Part shown: in pieces, positions 40,184 to 50,494 of the stretch | How the letters are laid out: every line of letters begins with the position of its first letter | Position numbering within the stretch: position 1 is the first letter of the stretch | Source of the DNA: Christensenellales bacterium | GTDB lineage: Bacteria > Bacillota > Clostridia > Christensenellales > CAG-917 | Direction: 5' to 3' | Length of the DNA stretch: 55,736 nt | Assembly: GCA_051883555.1 (NCBI GenBank) | Contig: JBJETY010000036.1 | Coordinates: 69,671-125,406, forward strand | Notes under the pieces: generated by a model | What the model was told of the DNA's origin: nothing | What the model saw: the letters and a program-made list of their open reading frames with translations, nothing else | Databases searched by the model: none | Position numbers and translations under genes: made by a program

Positions 40184-41866
40184 TTAATCCTCATGTGTTT
40201 CGAGCAACGCCGCTTTCAGTTTTAAAAGCGCCACTTTAGATTCCGCCGTCGTTTCTCCGAGAAGAGAAGCGATTTCCTGTGCTACTCTCATTTGTTTTTT
40301 AATCACTTCATCGGTTATAGCAATTGTATCGAGACGCATTTTTTCAAGCTTTTTATCAGCGTTTGTTTGCTCGGTTATATCGGTATACATTCCGAATATT
40401 ATCTTTTGTTCAGTTCATACGATAATAGACATTTCAACGGTCTTTTCGCCGATTTTAATCCTTTCGTGAGTAAAAAATTTCTTACCCGTCGAAGCGAGCA
40501 GATATTCGGTAGGATTAATAAAATCTACAAGGTCTCTGCCCTTTACGTCTCCCAAAATGCCAAACAATTCTCTCGCCTTTTTAGATACTTCGATTATTTT
40601 CAAATCGAAATCGACTACTATAATTCCGTTAGGACTATTCTGAATAATTTCATAAGACATAGTCTCGGCTCGTTCACGCATATACGGCACGCACATTTCA
40701 GGTTCGGCAAATCCGTTCAGAACAGCCCACGCCTTTTCACGGCAAGTACGATAACCGCACGCACCGCAATTCAATTCGTCTTCTTTTTTAAACTTTCCTG
40801 TTTTTGCAAGCACGGCTTTAACGTCGTTTTCGGTAAACGCTATGCCCGCCGGCTTAATTTTCGGATACAGCTTAGATATATCGACGCCGTTTCCGTCGAC
40901 GTTAACCCATTCGCCGCCGCCTCGGGTAACGTATTTTCTTATATCGGCATTCGCTTTGATTGCTTCTTCCGCTCCCGTAAGACTGCACGGCCCTTTTACG
41001 CACGCGTAATCGCATGCATTAAGCTCTAAAAACATTCCGTCAAGCGTATCGACGTTTTCCAAAATGTCCATGCATTTTTGCACGCCGTCAATAGCTACGT
41101 ATTCGTATCCTTGCGGCAATTCGTCGAATGATTTAATAATGCCGCGACTTATAGGGAAATATTTCGCCTTATTTGCACTGAGTTCTTTTTTGTTGCTCAA
41201 TTTGACGATTTCCGATAAATTTATTCCTTTCTTATCGAACAACGTCTTTAAATCTTCATAAGTCAAAACCGCGTCGATAATGCCGGATTCCGCAGCTTCT
41301 TTCTTTTTGGCAATGCACGGACCGATAAACACAATCTTTGCGTCCGGGAACTGCCTTCTGAGCAATTTGCTATGAGCAATCATAGGCGAATCTACTTTTG
41401 CAAGATACGGAAGCGCTTTCGGATAGTATTCCTGAATCAGATTGTTTACGGCAGGACATGCGGAAGTTATAAAATTTTTATATTTACCCTCAGTCAGAAG
41501 TTTTTTATATTCGGATACTACAAGATTTGCACCTACCGCCGTTTCCTCGGCATAAGAAAATCCGAGTTTTCCCAAAGCAATCTGCATGACGGAAAAATCG
41601 TCGATTTTAAAACTGGAAACGAACGACGGGGCAACGGACGCTATAACTCTTTCTTTGCCTTTCAACAATTTTTCCACTACGTCCGTTTCGCTATGAACGA
41701 TTTTTGCATTTTGCGGGCATACGCCGGTACAAGTGCCGCAAAGTATACACCTTTCATCGATAATTTTCGCTTGATGATTGGTGACTTTTATCGCCTTAAC
41801 CGGGCATTCCCTTAAACACTTATAACAATTTTTACAAATTGCAGGTTTAAAATCAAGATAGCTCAT
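40184..41866 (-). pseudogene. Sensory [FeFe]-hydrogenase with PAS domain (HydS/HfsB type), interrupted by an in-frame TGA at 40415-40417
   Basis: 2x[4Fe-4S] N-terminus; motifs ITSACPAV, GPCIAKKKE, ELNACDYAC; NCGACGY..C FeS domain; PAS domain (NSPNGIIVVD). The frame continues past the TGA into the typical C-terminus KQMRVAQEIASLLGETTAE. ORFs 40415-41866 and 40184-40390 share one frame. Confidence 0.85.
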
Positions 41867-41884
41867 TTGTTTCTCCTAAGTAAG

Positions 41885-42139
41885 TTATCTGCTTACGTTG
41901 ATTTCAGGCATAACCTGTTCAAGAAAAACTTCTTCTACGTTTTCGGGATTAAGTCCCGAAATAAGTTTACCGTCTAAATTCGCCGAAACGCCGTTGCTGC
42001 AATTTCCCAGGCAAAAACTTGCATTCAGCTCGATGACGTCTTCAACGTCATATTTTTTGACCAACTCTTTTAATTTTTCGATAACGTCATACGAGCCTTT
42101 AAGATGGCAGCTGCTTCCGACGCAAATACTTAATTTCAT
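41885..42139 (-). CDS. Thioredoxin-like [2Fe-2S] ferredoxin (NuoE-like, HfsA type)
   Basis: CVGSSCHLKGS...FCLGNC motif; GGAGG RBS. Confidence 0.88.
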   Translation of the reverse strand: MKLSICVGSSCHLKGSYDVIEKLKELVKKYDVEDVIELNASFCLGNCSNGVSANLDGKLISGLNPENVEEVFLEQVMPEINVSR

Positions 42140-42150
42140 ATATTCCTCCT

Positions 42151-42186
42151 AAAAAAAGCGGAACAGCACGTTGCCGATTCCGCTTC
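42151..42186 (-). terminator. Terminator-like hairpin abutting the hfsA-type RBS
   Basis: Minus strand reads AAGCGGAA...TTCCGCTTTTTTT followed immediately by AGGAGG. Confidence 0.68.
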
Positions 42187-42200
42187 TTAAAAAGTATGGC

Positions 42201-42941
42201 TTATTCAAATTGAACAACGTCTACCCATTTAAGCAGGAATTCACGTTCTTCAGGTTTTCCTTTAACCGATTGCGACGCCGCAACAATTGGCAACCAGTTC
42301 TTTACGTATTGAACGGCAGTATCGCTCTTCTTGCAGAAAAGTTTAAGATATTTTTCGGCAAGTTCGTCTTTGCCTTCGAGTTTGAACAATAAGTACGTTC
42401 TTGCTACGTCGGCAGAAGCATTACCCTGCGTTGCGTGCGACCAGTCGATAATAAACATCTTGCCCTCCGGCGTAACGATAATATTCGACGGGTTAAAATC
42501 TCCGTGACAAAGTTTATTGTGCTTTGGCATGCCGCTAAGTCTTGTATGCAATTCGTAACGGATAGTTGCGTCAAGGTCGCTTTCTGAAATTTTTCTGTCC
42601 ATCTTGTCTTTGAGTTTATTGAGAAGAGGGACTTTGAAAGTATGCATTTTCATCTGAAGGTCAACGAACGTTTCAAGATATTCGTCTTCCTTTGCCGGAT
42701 TTTCCGTCATAAGCTGTTGAAGAGTTTTACCTTCGATATAAGTCATTTCGATTGCCCACTTTCCGTCAATCATTTTAACTTCTTCGATTGCAGGAATATC
42801 GAGTCCCGTTTCTTCGACTCTGGATTGATTTAAAACTTCATTGAAGATATCCGACTTTTTAAACTCAGAATCGAATACTTTTACGACTCTGTTGCCGTCG
42901 CGATAAATAACTTTGTGCTTTCTTTCTGCTAATTTTCCCAT
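42201..42941 (-). CDS. APH/kinase-like phosphotransferase (RstK-type putative Ser/Thr kinase)
   Basis: VVKVF, catalytic CHGDFNPSNI and IIDW motifs; directly downstream of adhE. Confidence 0.85.
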   Translation of the reverse strand: MGKLAERKHKVIYRDGNRVVKVFDSEFKKSDIFNEVLNQSRVEETGLDIPAIEEVKMIDGKWAIEMTYIEGKTLQQLMTENPAKEDEYLETFVDLQMKMHTFKVPLLNKLKDKMDRKISESDLDATIRYELHTRLSGMPKHNKLCHGDFNPSNIIVTPEGKMFIIDWSHATQGNASADVARTYLLFKLEGKDELAEKYLKLFCKKSDTAVQYVKNWLPIVAASQSVKGKPEEREFLLKWVDVVQFE

Positions 42942-42950
42942 ATTCCCTCC

Positions 42951-45551
42951 TTATTTGCCGTAATAGGCGTTGAGATACATCTGTTTGATTTCAGACATAA
43001 GCGGATATCTTGGGTTTGCCCCCGTGCATTGGTCGTCGAATGCCTGTTCTGTCATTTCGTCAAGGCGTTCCAAGAATTCCTTTTCGTCGATGCCGTAATC
43101 TTTAATCGTCTTTTTGATTCCGACTCTTTCTTTAAGCTCGTCAATCGCTTTAATAAGGTTGTTGAGTTTTTCTTCGTTGGTCTTACCCTTAAGTCCCAAA
43201 TAATCTGCGACTTCTGCATATCTTGCCAACGTCTTCGGATGGTCGTATTGAGGGAACGTACCCATTTTCGTAGGAACTTCAGCGGCATTGAAACGCAATA
43301 CTTCGTCAATCATAAGAGCGTTTGCAACGCCGTGAGGAAGGTGATAGAAAGCTCCGAGTTTATGTGCCATCGAGTGACATACGCCGAGGAATGCGTTCGC
43401 AAAAGCCATACCTGCCATAGTTGCGGCATTTCCCATCTTTTCACGAGCTTCCGCGTCGTTAGGGCCGTTGTCGTATGCTCTCGGCAAAAATTCGAATATA
43501 ACTTTAAGAGCCTTCAACGCAAGTGCGTCGGTATAGTCCGTTGCCATCATAGAAGCTATTGCTTCGAGTGCATGAGTTACTGCGTCGATACCCGATGCGG
43601 CAGTCAAGCCCTTAGGCGCGTTCATCATAACGTCTGCGTCGACGATAGCCATGTTAGGCATAAGTTCATAGTCTGCAAGAGGATATTTAACGCCCGTCTT
43701 TTCATCGGTGATAACTGCGAACGGAGTAACCTCTGAGCCCGTACCTGCCGACGTAGGAATTGCGATAAAGAACGCTTTTTCGCCCATCTTCGGGAAGGTG
43801 TAAACTCTCTTTCTGATATCCATGAAACGCATTGCAAGGTCCATAAAGTTTACTTCAGGATGTTCGTAAAGTACCCACATGATTTTGCCTGCGTCCATAG
43901 CGGAACCGCCGCCCAATGCGATGATGCAATCAGGTTGGAATGCTTTCATCTGTTCCGCGCCTTCTTTTGCACATGCAAGTGTCGGATCCGGAGCTACGTT
44001 AAAGAACGTAGTGTGTTGAATGCCCATTTCGTCAAGTTTTTCGGTAATAGGCTTTGTATATCCGTTGTTATATAAGAAACTGTCTGTAACGATAAATGCT
44101 TTTTTCTTGCCCATAACGGTCTTTAATTCGTCAAGAGCAACAGGCAAGCAACCTTTCTTTAAATATACCTTCGAAGGTGTTCTGAACCACAACATATTCT
44201 CTCTCCTTTCAGCAACCGTTTTGATATTGATTAAGTGTTTTACGCCAACGTTTTCGCTTACGCTGTTTCCGCCCCAGCTTCCGCAGCCGAGCGTCAACGA
44301 CGGTTTGAGTTTAAAGTTGTAAAGGTCGCCGATACCGCCCTGTGACGAAGGAGTATTGATAAGGCAACGACAAGTCTTCATGTTCTTTTCCCACTTTGCA
44401 AGCTTTTCGCCTTCCGTGAGAGTGTTTATATAAATTGACGATGTATGTCCATAACCGCCGTCTGCTATAAGCTGACCGGCCTTTGCTACGGCATCGTCGA
44501 AATCTTTTGCCTTATACATAGCAAGAACAGGGCTGAGTTTTTCGTGTGCAAACTCTTCAGCCAAATCAACGCTTTCGACTTCACCTACCAAAATCTTGCT
44601 TCCTTCCGGTGCGTCGAATCCTGAAAGGTTTGCTATTTTGCAAGCCGATTGTCCGACGATTTTAGCATTGAGTGCGCCGTTAATAAGAATGGTATGTCTT
44701 ACCATATCCTTTTGTTCGTCGTTTAAGAAATAAGCGCCTCTTGCCTGAAGTTCTTTTTTGAACTTATCGTAAACGTCGCTGAGAACGATAACAGATTGCT
44801 CGGAAGCGCAGATCATACCGTTGTCAAACGTTTTTGAATGTAAAATGGACGATGCGGCAAGTTCGATATTTGCCGTGCTGTCAACTATTGCAGGAGTATT
44901 TCCTGCGCCAACGCCGACTGCAGGTTTGCCGCTGCTGTATGCCGATTTAACCATGCCAGGACCGCCGGTTGCAAGAGTGCAGTCCGCTTCTCTCATAATA
45001 AGCGCCGAAAGTGCAACGGTAGGTTCGTCTATCCAACCGATGATTCCTTCAGGTGCGCCTGCTTTGACGGCTGCTTCGAGAACTATCTTTGCCGCTTCGA
45101 TAGTGCATTTCTTTGCTCTCGGGTGCGGGCTGAAAATAATTCCGTTTCTTGTCTTCAAAGCGATAAGCGATTTGAATATTGCCGTTGACGTCGGGTTTGT
45201 CGTAGGTACGACGGCTGCCAATACGCCGATAGGCTCTGCTATCTTCATTATACCGAAAGCAGGGTCGCGTTCGATAACGCCGCACGTCTTTGTGTCACGG
45301 TATGCATTGTAGATGTATTCGGAAGCATAGTGGTTTTTAATAACCTTATCTTCCACAATACCCATGCCGGTTTCTTCAACCGCCATCTTTGCGAGAGGTA
45401 TTCTCATCTTGTTTGCCGCCATGGCTGCTTCAAAGAAAATTTTGTCTACTTGCTCCTGCGTAAAGGTAGCGAACTGCTTTTGCGCTTCCCTGACGTTTTT
45501 GAGCAATTTCTCAAGGCTTTCTTCATCGTTTACTATGAAATCTTTGGTCAT
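42951..45551 (-). CDS. adhE: Bifunctional acetaldehyde-CoA/alcohol dehydrogenase
   Basis: PTTNPTST, ATGGPG, FDNGMICASEQ, EKLSP, LTLGCGSWGGN linker, GGGSAMD, PTSAGTGSE, HSMAH...HG. Confidence 0.97.
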   Translation of the reverse strand: MTKDFIVNDEESLEKLLKNVREAQKQFATFTQEQVDKIFFEAAMAANKMRIPLAKMAVEETGMGIVEDKVIKNHYASEYIYNAYRDTKTCGVIERDPAFGIMKIAEPIGVLAAVVPTTNPTSTAIFKSLIALKTRNGIIFSPHPRAKKCTIEAAKIVLEAAVKAGAPEGIIGWIDEPTVALSALIMREADCTLATGGPGMVKSAYSSGKPAVGVGAGNTPAIVDSTANIELAASSILHSKTFDNGMICASEQSVIVLSDVYDKFKKELQARGAYFLNDEQKDMVRHTILINGALNAKIVGQSACKIANLSGFDAPEGSKILVGEVESVDLAEEFAHEKLSPVLAMYKAKDFDDAVAKAGQLIADGGYGHTSSIYINTLTEGEKLAKWEKNMKTCRCLINTPSSQGGIGDLYNFKLKPSLTLGCGSWGGNSVSENVGVKHLINIKTVAERRENMLWFRTPSKVYLKKGCLPVALDELKTVMGKKKAFIVTDSFLYNNGYTKPITEKLDEMGIQHTTFFNVAPDPTLACAKEGAEQMKAFQPDCIIALGGGSAMDAGKIMWVLYEHPEVNFMDLAMRFMDIRKRVYTFPKMGEKAFFIAIPTSAGTGSEVTPFAVITDEKTGVKYPLADYELMPNMAIVDADVMMNAPKGLTAASGIDAVTHALEAIASMMATDYTDALALKALKVIFEFLPRAYDNGPNDAEAREKMGNAATMAGMAFANAFLGVCHSMAHKLGAFYHLPHGVANALMIDEVLRFNAAEVPTKMGTFPQYDHPKTLARYAEVADYLGLKGKTNEEKLNNLIKAIDELKERVGIKKTIKDYGIDEKEFLERLDEMTEQAFDDQCTGANPRYPLMSEIKQMYLNAYYGK

Positions 45552-45752
45552 ATATATCTCCTTAAAAGTATTTTAAATTAATAACTGATTAAAAACCGTC
45601 CGTCCTGACCGCCCGTCGTAAATTCGCTTACAGATTGTTTTGCCGAGCGAGTTAAGACTTTATGAATCGCTATCATCTGAAATCTTTTCGTCGTAGACAA
45701 TTATCGCAATTCGGAACGAGTGTTCAATCAATACTTAATTCCGTTAAAATAT

Positions 45753-45774
45753 TATCGATAACTCGTTATCGATA
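45753..45774. promoter_or_regulatory. Palindromic operator at the predicted adhE transcription start (Rex-like geometry)
   Basis: TATCGATAAC-TC-GTTATCGATA perfect 10-bp inverted repeat; core TCGATAA-N4-TTATCGA compared with clostridial Rex TTGTTAA-N4-TTAACAA. Confidence 0.55.
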
Positions 45775-45802
45775 TATTACCTTATATTAAAAGAGTTGTC
45801 AA
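45774..45802 (-). promoter_or_regulatory. Sigma-A promoter of adhE
   Basis: TTGACA (45802-45797), 17 bp, TAATAT (45779-45774). Confidence 0.65.
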
Positions 45803-46133
45803 ACGAATAACGCACTAATTTTTATATTTTTAAATTTTTATCGTTTAAATCCGCTCTTCTTTCCTTTTTGTCCCGTTTAAATAGGTTTTTACAATACAAA
45901 CGATAAAATTAAACGAAAAACCTTTAGCAAAAAAAGCAATAAGCGGCGACATCAAAGTTTCAACAAGCAAAATCAAGAAATAGTCCGCTAAAAACAATAA
46001 TAAGCGGCGACAAATCAAAAGTCTCAGCAAAGGCTGCAACAAACTTAATTAATAGGCATAATCAAATAAAAGTCATAATCGAAATGATAGACGCAACCAA
46101 AACGGTAAACTAAAAATAAGAAAAAAGAAAAAA

Positions 46134-46162
46134 GCTTAAATTAAGCATTTCTTAATTTAAGC
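46134..46162. terminator. Hairpin terminator after typA
   Basis: GCTTAAATTAAG-CATTT-CTTAATTTAAGC flanked by A/T tracts. Confidence 0.72.
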
Positions 46163-46245
46163 CTTTTCGTTTTAAATGTAAAGTTGTTTGAATTTTTATA
46201 AAGTCTGCGAGCCGTTTAAATTGACGCTTGCAAAAACTCAATTTA

Positions 46246-48078
46246 TCAGTTCTCGCCGTTCTTAGCGTTCATAAACGCCTTCATTCTCTGACTGCCGTCA
46301 AGAATCGTTTTTCTGATTCTTATATTCTTTGGCGTTACTTCAAGCAACTCGTCGTCTGCGATAAATTCGATAGCCTCTTCAAGACTAAGTTTTTTTACGG
46401 GATTAAGGCGAAGTGCCTCGTCGCTGCCTGCCGCACGCATATTCGTTACGTGTTTCTTTTTGCAGACGTTAACTCTTAAATCTTCGTTTTTCGGCGAGTA
46501 ACCGACTACCATACCTTCATAAACGGGAGTTTGCGGTTCGATGAACAGCACTCCTCTGTCCTGGGCGTTAAACAATCCGTAAGTTGCCGCCTCGCCCGTT
46601 TCGAATGCTACAAGAGAACCGGTAAACCTTCTCGGTATCGCTCCTTTAAAAGGCGCATATCCTTCGAATGCGGTATTCATAATTCCCTCGCCCCTTGTAG
46701 CGGTCAGCATTTCATTTTTAAAGCCGAACAAACTTCTTGCAGGGACGATAAACTCCAATCGCATACGATTGCCCACGGCGTCCATCGTGACAAGTTCGCC
46801 TTTTCTGACGCCCATATTTTCCATAATAGCTCCCATGGAAATCTGAGGAACGTCGACGTAAAGATGTTCCATAGGCTCGCAGGTTACTCCGTCTATAGTT
46901 TTAAGCAAGACCTTTGGCGGACCTACCATAAACTCATAACCCTCACGTCGCATCGTTTCGATTAATATAGAAAGATGCATTTCTCCTCTGCCGCACACTT
47001 TAAAACTATCGGTGCTTTCGGTATCGTTTACGCGCAAAGACATATCTTTTAAAAGCTCGCGATAAAGTCTTTCACGCAAATTTCTCGAAGTGACGAATTT
47101 TCCTTCTCTTCCTGCAAACGGAGAGTCGTTAACGGAGAAAGTCATCTCTATCGTCGGTTCGCTTATTTTTACAAAAGGTAACGGCTCGACGTTTGACGTA
47201 GCACAAAGCGTATTTCCGATTTTTATATCCTCGATTCCCGAAAAACAAACTATATCTCCCACCATAGCGGTTTCGACAGGCTCGCGTTTTAAACCTTCTA
47301 TCTGATACAAAGACACGATGCGCCCCTTATATCCGACGGACGAGTCGTGATAATCGCATATCGAAACTTCCTGTCCGACTTTAATTTGTCCCCGTTCGAT
47401 TTTGCCTATTCCTATTCTTCCGACGTATTCGTTATAATCTATTGAAGAGCATAATAGTTGAAGAGAGGCGTTTTCATCTCCTGACGGCGGTTCGATATAA
47501 TTCAATATCGTTTCGAACAAAGGAACCAGGTCCTTGCCTTCAACGTTATAATCGGTAGTCGCGGTGGCGTTTCTTCCCGAACAATAAATAATCGGACTGA
47601 AGAGCTGTTCGTCGTTTGCGTTCAATTCAAGAAGCAATTCCAAAACTTCGTCTCCGACTTCCGAAAGTCTGGCGTCCGGTCTGTCAATTTTGTTTATAAC
47701 GATAATTATTTTAAGTCCGAGTTCTATTGCTTTTGTAAGAACAAATCTTGTCTGCGGCATAGGGCCTTCAGCGGCGTCTACAAGAAGCAGAACACCCGAT
47801 ACCATTTTCAGAACTCTTTCTACCTCTCCGCCGAAATCTGCATGCCCCGGCGTATCGATAATATTTATCTTCTTTCCCTTATAATGAATAGCCGTATTCT
47901 TAGCTAAAATCGTAATGCCGCGTTCGCGTTCGAGAGCATTGTTATCCATAACTCTCGTTTCAACCTGTTGATTCTCTCTGAACGTTCCCGATTGCTTCAA
48001 CATACCGTCGACAAGCGTAGTTTTGCCGTGGTCGACGTGTGCAATAATTGCTATATTGCGTAAATCTTCTCTAATCAA
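46246..48078 (-). CDS. typA: Translational GTPase TypA/BipA
   Basis: AHVDHGKTT, ERERGITI, DTPGHADFGGEVER, NKID, GRGEMHL, EVTPKNIRIRK; TTG start. Confidence 0.96.
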   Translation of the reverse strand: MIREDLRNIAIIAHVDHGKTTLVDGMLKQSGTFRENQQVETRVMDNNALERERGITILAKNTAIHYKGKKINIIDTPGHADFGGEVERVLKMVSGVLLLVDAAEGPMPQTRFVLTKAIELGLKIIIVINKIDRPDARLSEVGDEVLELLLELNANDEQLFSPIIYCSGRNATATTDYNVEGKDLVPLFETILNYIEPPSGDENASLQLLCSSIDYNEYVGRIGIGKIERGQIKVGQEVSICDYHDSSVGYKGRIVSLYQIEGLKREPVETAMVGDIVCFSGIEDIKIGNTLCATSNVEPLPFVKISEPTIEMTFSVNDSPFAGREGKFVTSRNLRERLYRELLKDMSLRVNDTESTDSFKVCGRGEMHLSILIETMRREGYEFMVGPPKVLLKTIDGVTCEPMEHLYVDVPQISMGAIMENMGVRKGELVTMDAVGNRMRLEFIVPARSLFGFKNEMLTATRGEGIMNTAFEGYAPFKGAIPRRFTGSLVAFETGEAATYGLFNAQDRGVLFIEPQTPVYEGMVVGYSPKNEDLRVNVCKKKHVTNMRAAGSDEALRLNPVKKLSLEEAIEFIADDELLEVTPKNIRIRKTILDGSQRMKAFMNAKNGEN

Positions 48079-48082
48079 AATT

Positions 48083-48877
48083 TTATCCTCTTTCCGCTTC
48101 CGATTTTAATTCGATTGCGTTTTTATAAGTTATAAGCTCCAAATCATCGGCAGAAACAAATCGTGAAAAATATTCCCTTTCTTTAACAGGAGTAGACCAT
48201 GGACAATCCGAACCTAAAATTATCCTTTCTTTTGAATGTTTACCGAGTATCTTCTTTACTTCGTCGTCTGAAATCATACCTTGCAAATATGCGGTATCGA
48301 AATAAATATCTTTTCCCGCCTCATATTCGATAACTTCCTGCCATACGTCCCAACCGCCGAGATGCGCCGCTATAATTTTGATTCCCTTGAAATCTTCGGC
48401 AACCTTGGCAATGTTTTTAGGCGAAGCGTAATAAGTATCGGGATAAGCACAATCTTTGCCGGCATGAAAACACAGCATCATATTGTGCGAACGTATAAAT
48501 TCATATACGGGATAGACTCTATAATCCGCAACGTCGAATTGCTGATATTCCGGATGAAGTTTTATTCCCCTGAATCCGAGCGAATATACTCTTTCGAGTT
48601 CGTCAATAGCCATATCCGATAACGGATATACCGAAGCAAACGGATAACAACTGTCCGACTTGCACGACAGAGCAAAGTCGTTCACGTTTTTCATCTGCCT
48701 TTCGTTTGTGGCAATGGACATGAGCCAATATTCGTCTACACCCCATTCCTTCATCTTTTTTGCCGTATCGGCGGCGGTTCCGTTTGTAGCCGGAATTTTC
48801 CCTGCGGCAGCCGCAAGTTTTATAACTGCGTTTTCTGCAATCTTATCCGGAAAGAAGTGTACGTGCGTATCAATCAT
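48083..48877 (-). CDS. Amidohydrolase family protein (amidohydro_2 type)
   Basis: IDTHVH, GIKLHP, FHAG, AHLGG, FDTA, GSDCPW. Confidence 0.87.
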   Translation of the reverse strand: MIDTHVHFFPDKIAENAVIKLAAAAGKIPATNGTAADTAKKMKEWGVDEYWLMSIATNERQMKNVNDFALSCKSDSCYPFASVYPLSDMAIDELERVYSLGFRGIKLHPEYQQFDVADYRVYPVYEFIRSHNMMLCFHAGKDCAYPDTYYASPKNIAKVAEDFKGIKIIAAHLGGWDVWQEVIEYEAGKDIYFDTAYLQGMISDDEVKKILGKHSKERIILGSDCPWSTPVKEREYFSRFVSADDLELITYKNAIELKSEAERG

Positions 48878-48896
48878 AAAGTTTTCCTTTGTAATA

Positions 48897-50408
<1,512 letters not shown>

Positions 50409-50436
50409 ACAAATAAAAAGCGTTTTGAAAAATTGC

Positions 50437-50468
50437 AAAAAAAATCGGCGTTATATACCGATTTTTTT
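50437..50468. terminator. Terminator after the metallophosphoesterase gene
   Basis: A8-TCGG...CCGA-T7 hairpin. Confidence 0.62.
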
Positions 50469-50494
50469 CTTTAAAAATTCAGTTGCCGTCAGCT

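Noticed and set aside
43029-45312. Antisense ORFs of 100-235 aa opposite adhE, and similar ones opposite hydS and typA
   Set aside because: They lie entirely on conserved genes and have no recognisable domains or translation signals.
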